Source: Mobula birostris
Taxonomy: Eukaryota
DNA length: 64,000 nucleotides
Assembly (NCBI RefSeq): GCF_030028105.1
Contig: NC_092383.1
Location: 87,687,921-87,751,920 of the forward strand
Direction of reading: 5' to 3'
Positions within the stretch are counted from its first letter, which is position 1, and each line of letters begins with the position of its first letter. A program made the position numbers and the translations under genes. Positions 54,851-64,000 of this stretch are shown one piece after another. Below the pieces are notes generated by a model, which ran no database searches, had not been told where the DNA came from, and worked only from the letters and a program-made list of their open reading frames with translations.

Positions 54851-56639
54851 GATGATATAATAATACTTGAATCATACAAAAGAGCAACACGAAGGAAACT
54901 CCTGGCTTAAAGCTCCAGACTCAAGATTCAAGATGGCGTACTCTCATTCTTCAGTACACAAGTGCAAAGGAGAACAAAATCATTGTTATTCCGGAAGTGA
55001 TGGAGCATCTAAAAAAAAACAATCAGTATAAAGAACAAAAACACAATAAGTAGAAATATTTATGTATTTTTATTTACTTAGAGATACAGCATGGAATAGG
55101 CTGTTCTGGCCCTTCAAGCCTTGATTTAATCCTAACCTAATCCTGGGACTATTTACAATAACCAATTAACCTACCCGGTATGTCTTTGGACTGTGGGACA
55201 AAACCAGACGACTTGGAGAAAACCCACGCATCCCACGGAGAGGACGCACAGACTCCTTACAGATGACGTTGGAGTTGAACTCTGAACTATAACGCCCAGA
55301 GCTGTAATAGCGTCGCGCTGACCACTACACTACTGCGCACCTAAATCTAAAAGGAATCCTATAAAGCACAATGTGCGAGTAACTGTTAACTACATAGACT
55401 GATTGTACGTACATAAAGTGATGCAAGGTGATGTGTAGGTAGTGGTGGTGGGATGTATTAATAGCTGGGAGGTGTTGATCAGCCTGACAGGTTGAAGGAA
55501 GTAATTGTCTTGAGTCTGGTGGTCCTGGTGTGGATGCTGCATAGTCTCCTCCCTGATGGGAGTGGGACAAACAGTCTATACGCAGGGTGGGTGGGATCCA
55601 ATTTGATTAAAGGGACACTAGATATATATTTCCATCAAACATATCCAAAAAAACTGTAAGTCTGATCCATGTTGTAGAATTATTGTAGAACACTCATCAT
55701 GCACATTCTGTAAATTCCTGTGTACCTGTCTGCTTATAATCTTGGATTTTGGTCTTATGGGACCAACTTGTCTGGTTGTGCTATGCATTACCAAGCAATG
55801 GTGGAGCAGCTAAATGGATCTCCTGCACCCTGCAGTCCCTTCCATTGCTCTCCACACTGAGCAGAGCCTAACTACACTTACACTTACAACTGAAAATTCA
55901 TAGAACTGAAGATGTTAGCAACTTATAATAAAAATCCAAAATGACGGAAAAACTCATCGGGTCAGGGAACATTTATGGGAAAAGAAACAGTTAATGTTTC
56001 ACATCACTGTGAATTCTTTAAAGTTCAAAGTTCAAAATCAGTTTATTATGAAAGTGTGTCTATTTCCCCATGAACTACCTTGAGATTCATTTTCTTGAAG
56101 GCATTTACAGGAAAATAAAGAAATACAATAGAATTTACAAAAAACTATACATAAAAGCCTGACAAATGGACAATGTGCAAAAGACAAATGGTGCAAATTA
56201 TAAAAATGTAAGTAAAAATACTGAGAACTCAAGTTGTAAAGCCTCTAGAAGTGAGTTTATAGGTTGAGGAGTTAGCTCAACGTTGATGTGAGTGAAGTTA
56301 TCAACGTTGGTTTAAGAGCCTGATGATTGAAGGGTAGTAACTGTTCCTGAACCTTTTGGGTCTGGGACCTAAGGCTCCTGTACCTCCTGCCCGATGGTAG
56401 TAGTGAGAAGAGTGCTGCATAGTCTGGATTGTGAGGGCCCTTGATGATGGATGTTGTTTTCTTGTGGCAGTGCTCCTGCTCCTAGTAGATGTACTCAATG
56501 ATGGGTGAAGCTTGATTATATTTTTCTTTCCACTGAGTGATTCCAGGATTTTCTGTTGTCATTTGGATGCACAAATCATAGAGTCATTCCTCTTAACAAT
56601 GGACTTTTAAATCACATCAATGATCTTCAGATCTCACAA

Positions 56640-59600
56640 TTGACCGAAGAATGAGGAGCAGTCACACGCGGCGTGTTTATGGATCATCACCATGGCTGAA
56701 AGCATGATGGATGAGGGAGTCCACGCCAGGCTGACGCCCACAGGGATAAGGCCTTCTCTGCCCAGCATCTTGTTGACGAATGCGCATTCGCTGAAGAAAG
56801 AAATTGAGGATCTGAGAGCGAGACTGCTGTTTCAGAGGCGGGTGAGAAACAGCTCAATTATTTGCTGTAACAAAACTTGGTCATCTACGGATACGCCAGA
56901 TGCAGCAGTCAGAACTGAAGGATTTATGATTAACAGAATGGACTAAACTGCAGACTCTGGTAGGGAAAAGAGAGGAGACATGTGTTTTATGGTCAGTTCT
57001 TGTTGGTGCTCCAAAGTGGCGGTTCTGTCAAACAGGTGTACTCTTGTCTTGGAACATCTAACGATCAACTGCAGACCAATCTACTTGCCCCATGAGTTCT
57101 CATGCATGATCCTGACGGCAGCTGATATACCACCAGCGACAGACTATAAGCAAGCACTCACAACACTGCACGATGTCATCTGCAGACAAGAAACAGACCA
57201 TTCCGATGCATTTCAAATTATAGCTGAATACTTCAACCAGGCCTGCTTGAAGAAAACCCTGCTCAGTTATCATCACCATATAACCTGTAGCACCAGAGGT
57301 CCCAACATACCAGACCACTGCTACACTATGCTTAGTATGCCTACCATTCCTTGCCCTGGCTGTATTTTGGTAAGTTGGATCACTTGACTGTCCCCCTCCT
57401 ACCTGCATACAGGGACAGCCTAAAAAGCAAGGCTCCAGAGATGAGGACAACTGAGAGGCAGTCGTGGGAGGCTGAGGAATGATTACAGAATTATTTGAGT
57501 CAGTGGACTGGGCCGTGTTCAAGCACTCATTTAGGGATCTGAGTGTATACACATGGTTTTAATGGACTTAACAGAAACAGCTGTAGATGAGCGTGCCCCA
57601 CTAAATCATTCAGAGTCTTCCCCAGTCAGAAGCCCTGGATTATCCATGAGATTTGAAATTTGCTGAGGGCTTTACCAGGGGCATTCACGTCTTGAGATCA
57701 AGAAAGCTACAAGAGGTGCAGGTATGATCCCCGGAAAGCCATCTCGCGGGCAAAGTGGAGATTCCAGACCCAACTTGAATTAATGACGGATGCTCAACTG
57801 CTGTGGCAAGGCTTGAATGTTATCACCTCCTACAAAGCTAAATCAAGTGACATGGAAGACAGCAGGTCTTCACTTCCAGATGAGATCAATGCCTTCAATG
57901 CACGCTTTGGCCATCAGAACATGGAGGAACCATCATGAAAACCCCACATCTCCCAATGACCCTTTGATCTCAGTATCTGAAGCTGAAGTGCAAACTGCCT
58001 TCAGGAGGGTGAATCCAAGGAAAGCATCCAGACCGAACAGGGTACCTGGTCACGTACTAAAGACCTGTGCTGATCAACTGACTGGTGTGTTCACTGAGAT
58101 CTTTAATCTCTTACTTCTGCAGTGTGTGATACCCACATGCTTCAAGCGGGCTTGAATTATACCAGTGCCCAAGAAGAGTATGATGATTTGCTTCAATGAC
58201 TACTATCCAGTTGCACTTACATCCACAGTGATGAATTGTTTTGAGAGACTGATGATAAAATATATCAGCTCCTGCCAGAGAGGCGATTTGGATCTCAATC
58301 CAATTTGCATACTGGAGCAACAGGTCCACGCCTCATTGCCTCCTCACTCAATCCTGGAACATCTGGACAGCATAGATGCATACGTCAGGATGCTCTTTAT
58401 CAACTACAGCTCAGCATTTAACACCATCATCCCCTCAAAATTAGTCAATAAGTTCCAATACCTTGGCCTGGATGCCTTCTTTTGCTATCGGATGCTGGAT
58501 TTCCTCATTTGCAGCCCCCAGTCAGTTTGGATTGGCAACAACATCTCCAAGATCTCTGTCACGACAGGTGCCCATAGCCCTGAAGCCCTCTGCTCTATTT
58601 GTTTTACACCTCTGACTGTGTGGCTAAGCACATCTCCAATACCATATCCAAGTTTGTTGATAATGCCACTGTTGTCGGTTGAATCAAAGGCGGTGATGAA
58701 TCAGCATGCAGGAGAGAGATTGAATACTTGGCTGAGAGGTGTCATAACAACAACCTCTCGCTCAGTGTCAGCAAGACCAAGGAAATAATCGATTGTGAAT
58801 TTCATGAGAGGGAAACCGGAGGTCCATGACCAGTCCTTATCAGAAGAACAGAGGTGGAAAGCGTGAGCAATCCTAAATTCCTGGTTGTTACTATTTCAAA
58901 GGATCTGTGCTAGACAAGTGCAATTGTGAGTTAAAGGGGAAGTACAACGAGATCTAGGAGTCTTTGTTCATTAGTCACTGAAAGTAAGCATGCAGGTACA
59001 GCAGGCAGTGAAGAAAACTAATGGTATGTTGACCTTCATAAAAAGGGGAGTTGAATATAGGAGCAAAGAGGTCCTTCTGCAGTTGTACAGGGCCCTGGTG
59101 AGACCACACGTGGAGTATTGTGTACAGTTTTGGTCTCCAAATTTGAGGAAGGACATTCTAGCTATTGAGGGAGTACAGCGTAGGTTCACGAGGTTAATTC
59201 CCGGGATGGCGGGACTGTCATATGTTGAATGATTGGAGCGACTGGGCTTGTATACACTGGAATTTAGAAGGATGAGAGGGGATCTGATTGAAACATACAA
59301 GATTATTAAGGGATTGGACACGCAGAGGCAGGAAACGTTCCCAATGTTGGGGGAGTCCAGAACCAGAGGCCACAGTTTAAGAATAAGGGGTAGACCATTT
59401 AGAACAGAGTTGAGGAAAAACTTTTTCACACAGAGGGTTGTGGTTCTGTGGAATGTTCTGCCTCAGAAGGCAGTGGAGGCCAATTCTCTGGATTCTTTCA
59501 AGAAAGAGTTAGATAGAGCTCTTAAAGATAGCAGAGTGAAGGGATATTGGGAGAAGGCAGGAAAAGGGTACTGATTGTGGATGATCAGCCATGATCACAG

Positions 59601-60200
59601 TGAATGGCGGTGCTGGCTCGAAGGGCTGAATGGCCTACTCCTGCACCTATTGTCTATTGAAAGTATGGCAGCGCCTCTTCTTCCTTACGAGTCTGCAGAG
59701 ATTCAGCATGATATATAAAACTTGGATTAACTTCTACGGATGCATAGTGGAGAGTGTTGATTGGCTTCATCATGGCCTGGTATGCAAACACCAATGCCCT
59801 TGAATAGAAAATCCTGCAAAATATAGGGGGTTTAGCCCGGTACGTCATGGATAAAGCCCTTCCGACCATTGAGCACATCTACATGAAAAGCTGTCGTAGG
59901 AAAACAGCATCCATCATCAGAGACACTGCCACCCAGGCCATGCTCTTTTCTTGCTGCTTCTATCAGGTAGAAGGTACAGGAGCCTCAGGACTTGCACCAC
60001 CAGGTTCAGGAACAAGCTACTACTCCACAACCATCAGGCTCTTGAACAAAAGGAGATAACTACACTCACTTGCCCATCCATTGAGGTGTTCCCACAACCA
60101 ATGATCTCACTTTAAGGACTCTTTATCTTGTTACTTCATGTTCTCATTATTTATTGCTATTTCTTTAGATTTGCATTTGCACAATTTGTTGTCTTCTGCA
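56640..60200 (+). pseudogene. Decayed near-full-length Rex1/Babar-like LINE (APE + RT), split by a nested CR1 3' fragment (about 58930..59655)
   Basis: LPSILLTNAHSLKKEIEDL (APE), NDYYPVALTSTVMNCFERL and LFINYSSAFNTIIP (RT). The Rex1 frame resumes after the CR1 insert with QRLFFLR... and DKALPTIEHIY. Confidence 0.8.
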
Positions 60201-61049
60201 CTCCGGTTGATCTTTCATTTAACTTACTCCAAGAACCCTCGTACGTAGCCCTGTATTTTTCTTTCATCCATGTGCCTATCTAAAAACTTCTTAAACATCC
60301 CTACTGTACATTATCTGCCTCTACTACCACCCCTAACAACACCTTCTGTGCACCCACCACTCCTTCTGCAAAAAAAAACTTACCTCCAACATGCCCACTC
60401 TATATTTTCCTCCAATCACCTTAAAAGCATGTCCTCTCATACTAGTGGTTACTGCCATGGGAAACTGGCTGTCCACTCTGTCTATGCCTCTTATCATCTT
60501 ATACATCTCTATCAAGTCAGCATTCTTCCCATTTACCAGAAAATACCAAATAATCCCATTTACCTTTGCCATTCAAGACTCATCTAGGGATTTCTGAAAA
60601 TGTTGTGAGTCCTCTGTTTTCAGCATCTTCTCTCAGGCAGTGTGTTCCAGATTCCAACTGGGTGAAAAAATTCCTTCTTTGCTCCCTTCTGAATTTGCTA
60701 TGCCAAGCCACACTGTTTTAAATTCCTTATCATTCCAGGCTACTTTCTATGACACAACTCACAACTCGTAGGGCGGATAAACAGGACAAGTTGTAGGGAA
60801 AGACCCAAATTTAAGTGCCGGGCTGAATTGGAAAGATTAGGTATGGGCCAAACTGAGTCGGCAGGGACGGGCCCGAGAGCGTATTGAAGTGGCGGGGCTT
60901 GGGTCTGAGACTGAGAAACAACCCAAAGGTTTGGACGATTTAAACACAAGACCAGATTGAAAGGGTCAGTATGTTGGGGCCAGAGGTGAGGGACGGACCA
61001 GTTCGGCGCACTGCTCCACGAGGTTTACCCGTCTCTGGGCTGAACTGTA

Positions 61050-61609
61050 CCTCTGTTCCAGGATACTGACAGACTTTTACCACTGTACCATTGAGAGCAT
61101 AGTCACCAACTGCATCTCAGTGTGGTATGGCAATTGTCCCGTATCGGACCACAAAGCACTCCAGTGTGTGGTGAAAACTGCTCAGCGGATTATCGGCACC
61201 CAATTGCCCACCATTGAGAACATCTACCCTAAACGCTACCTGGGCAGGGCGAAAAGCATTATCAAGGAGGCATCTCACCCTAACCATAGACTTTTTACTC
61301 TCCTCCCATCCAATAGGCGCTACAGGAGCCTCCTTTCCCGCACCAGCAGGCACAGGAAGAGCTTCTTCCCTGAGGCTGTGACACTGCTGAACCTCACATC
61401 ACAGCGCTAAGCAGTATTGCACCCATATTGTACTGTCTCAGTACTTTTATATTTGTGTGCTGTAGCACTTACTTTTTATTCGCAGTTATTTTGTAAATAA
61501 CACTATTCTTTGCATTTCTGGTTAGATGCTAACTGCATTTCATTGGCTTTGTATCTGTACTCGGCACAATGAAAATGAAGTTGAATCTAATCTAATCTAA
61601 TCTAATCTA
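61050..61609 (+). mobile_element. Rex1-like LINE 3' fragment with (AATCT)n tail
   Basis: ORF 61120 WYGNC...ALQCVVKTAQRIIGTQLPTIENIY...SFFPEAV; tail gaatctaatctaatctaatctaatcta at 61584-61609. Confidence 0.8.
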
Positions 61610-62226
61610 TGGCCTGCAACTAATGGGTTCCTGAATCAGCTGCTGGCTTCACAGTCTGTGAAATCACTTTCACGAACTTCTGCTCTGAATGCTATTTGCT
61701 TACTTTTATTGTTTGCACGATTTGCTTTTATTTAATGCACATTAGGTGCTCAGCAGGCTTTAATTTTTTTTAATGGGTTCTGTTGGGTTTCTTTGTTTTG
61801 TAGCTGTCTGTAAAAAGATGAATCTCAAGGTTGTACAGATTACAAATACTTTGATAATAAATATACTTTGAACTTTGAATGAGGGGAGATTTGATAAAGG
61901 TGTGCAAAATTATGAAGGGTATAGATAGGGTAAATGCAAGGAGGCTCTTTCCAATGAGGTTGTGAGAGACTAGAACTAGAGAACACAGATTAGAGGCAAA
62001 AGGTGAAGTGTTTAAGTGGGAACTTCTTCAGTCAGAGGGTGGTGAAAGTGTGGAACAGCTTCCAGGACTCTATGACTCCAAGCTACCATTAGCATACACC
62101 CAGGCTGTGTAGCAACTCACTGACCATAGACTGAGGCTCGTTGTTCAAAGAATCACAAGTGGCACGTTACATGGTAGCTGTGTGGGTCAATGAGATGTTA
62201 AAAAGCCTGAGTACTACAGTGAAATA

Positions 62227-62745
62227 CAGGTTCCCCCCGCCCCATTTACAAAAGTAGAGCATTCCTATGAAACCCTTCTTAAGCTGAAATGGCGTAAAGC
62301 GATGAAGCAATTACCATTAATTTACATGGGAAAATTTTTTGAGCATTCCCAGACCCGAAAAATAACCTACCAAATCATACCAAATAACACATAAAACCTA
62401 AGCTAACACTAACATACTGTATAGTAAAAGCAGGAATGACATGATAAATACACAGCCTATATAAAGTAGAAATAATGTATGTACAGTGTAGTTTCATTTG
62501 TCAGAATTGGGAAAATTTAGCAAAAAAACGATTTGTAGAAAAAAAAAGGCATGTACACGCATGCGCATACACCTGACCGCGCAAGGCTTCACAGTCATGG
62601 TAGTCTTTCTCTATAATGGCTCGCTGCAAAACAAACGCTGAACGCTATTTTATCCTCATTCAGTTAGTGAAAACAGGTACGAATATAGGTTTTTCATAAA
62701 AGCAAAGTGATGTAAAGTGACCATTCGTAAAGCGGGAGACATCAG
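62227..62745. mobile_element. Putative pogo/Tigger-like MITE
   Basis: TA-flanked degenerate TIRs CAGGTTCCCCCCGC...TTTAC and CGTAAAGCGGGAGACATCAG; AT-rich non-coding interior. Confidence 0.45.
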
Positions 62746-64000
62746 TAACCTTCAATTTCCTTTAATGAGCAGGGTTTTGAGACTGGGAAAATTCATTTAC
62801 TATTTTCTTATTATTTTTTATTTATTGCAAGACAGTGCAGAACAGGCCCTTTTGGGCCAATGAACCACAGCACCCATCAACCCACTTATGTAACACGAGC
62901 ATAATCACAGGACAATTCACAATGACCTATTAACCAGCATGTCTTTGGACTATGGGAGGAAACTGGAGCACCTGGAAGAAACCTACATAGTCACGAGGAG
63001 AGCGTACAAACTCCTTACAGAAGGTGCAGGTACTGAACTCCAAACTCTGGAATGTTCCAAGCTGTAACAGCATCGCGCTAAATGCTGTGTTACTGTAGCA
63101 CCTCAATTTAATCTTAATTTGAAAACATTCTTAGCTTAGATCTGGGTTTCACATCATGCATTTCTGTATTTCACATAAATGAATTTATCATGTTTGAGAA
63201 ATACTGGTATTGTCAAAACCTTGAATTGTAAAATAGTTTATATCAGCAAAACACATGATGCCAATAATTAAAACAGGTATTAAAATTTGGAAATATTGAA
63301 AATCTATCACACTACCAAAAAGTAGTGACACAGTAGAGCAGCATTTAGCACGCCAGTCAGGTTTTGATTCCTGCTGCTGTCTGCAAGGAGACTTTCTAAG
63401 GTTTGTTCGTTCACCTCATGTCCACATGGGTTTCTTCCAGGTGCTCCAGTTTCCTCCTACATTCCAGTGACAAACAGTTAGGTTTAGTAAGTTGTGGCTA
63501 TGCTATGTGGTGACAATTGTGAGATGCCTCCAGCACAATCCTAGCTGACTTGAGTTGTTGCAAGCCATGCATTTCACTGAATACCCTGATGTTTCAATGT
63601 CTGTGTGACAAATAAATCTTTTTTTTCTCTCCTTTGGTGCTTGGAGAAATATCGGTATTGTCAAGAATGATGATTGGCAAAACAGTTTATATCAGCACAA
63701 TCCCAATAAATAAAGCAAGTACTAAACTTTGGAAAAATGCTGAAAGTGTATCACACAACAAAAACATATTTTGATGTGTGTTGGATGTGGACAATGTGAA
63801 AACAGACAGGATGTGTAAATGATCCAACTATCTGCACCTTCCATAAAGTTAGTGGAATGATTCATGTCAGAATCAGAATCAGGTTTAATATCACTGTCAT
63901 ATGTTGTGAAATGTGTTAGCTTAGTGGCAGCAGAACATTGCATAGATGATAATATAGTAAAGAAACTGAATTACAGTGAGTATATATGTATATTAAATAA

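Noticed and set aside
63647-63773. Candidate gene 2 terminal exon EISVLSRMMIGKTVYISTIP...
   Set aside because: Poor acceptor, no ITIM/ITSM (YIST), and its paralogous copy at 63194 has a stop in the same frame.
20-63943. The many 60-130 aa ORFs in the track
   Set aside because: They map to antisense or out-of-frame LINE/SINE/Penelope fragments or microsatellites and have no independent coding signal.

Overview
Eukaryotic, repeat-rich DNA, most likely from a cartilaginous fish such as a ray or skate (inferred from the CR1, Rex1-like, V-SINE and Penelope repeat complement, not proven). It holds two tandem + strand genes for single-V-domain CD300/pIgR/TREM-like (MDIR-like) receptors, which I assembled by hand from splice signals. 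Gene 1 (4209..25753) has 6 coding exons, encodes 252 aa and is complete: leader, Ig-V, short stalk, uncharged TM, and a tail with two ITIMs plus a YDNV motif. Gene 2 (32130..>=54676) has leader, Ig-V with a fifth Cys, a Thr/Pro stalk and an uncharged TM; no cytoplasmic exon was found in the window. Introns and intergenic DNA are filled with fragments of CR1-type LINEs (best copy 51690..54235), Rex1/Babar-like LINEs, tRNA-derived SINEs, small Tc1/pogo-like MITEs and many palindromic Penelope-derived units. Those palindromes carry minimal type I hammerhead ribozyme motifs from three sequence families. Two of them are flanked by 15-bp target-site duplications, and many copies have lost the catalytic G12 through CpG decay. 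No CRISPR array, rRNA or true tRNA gene is seen. Exon and TSD coordinates were counted from the sequence; repeat boundaries are approximate.
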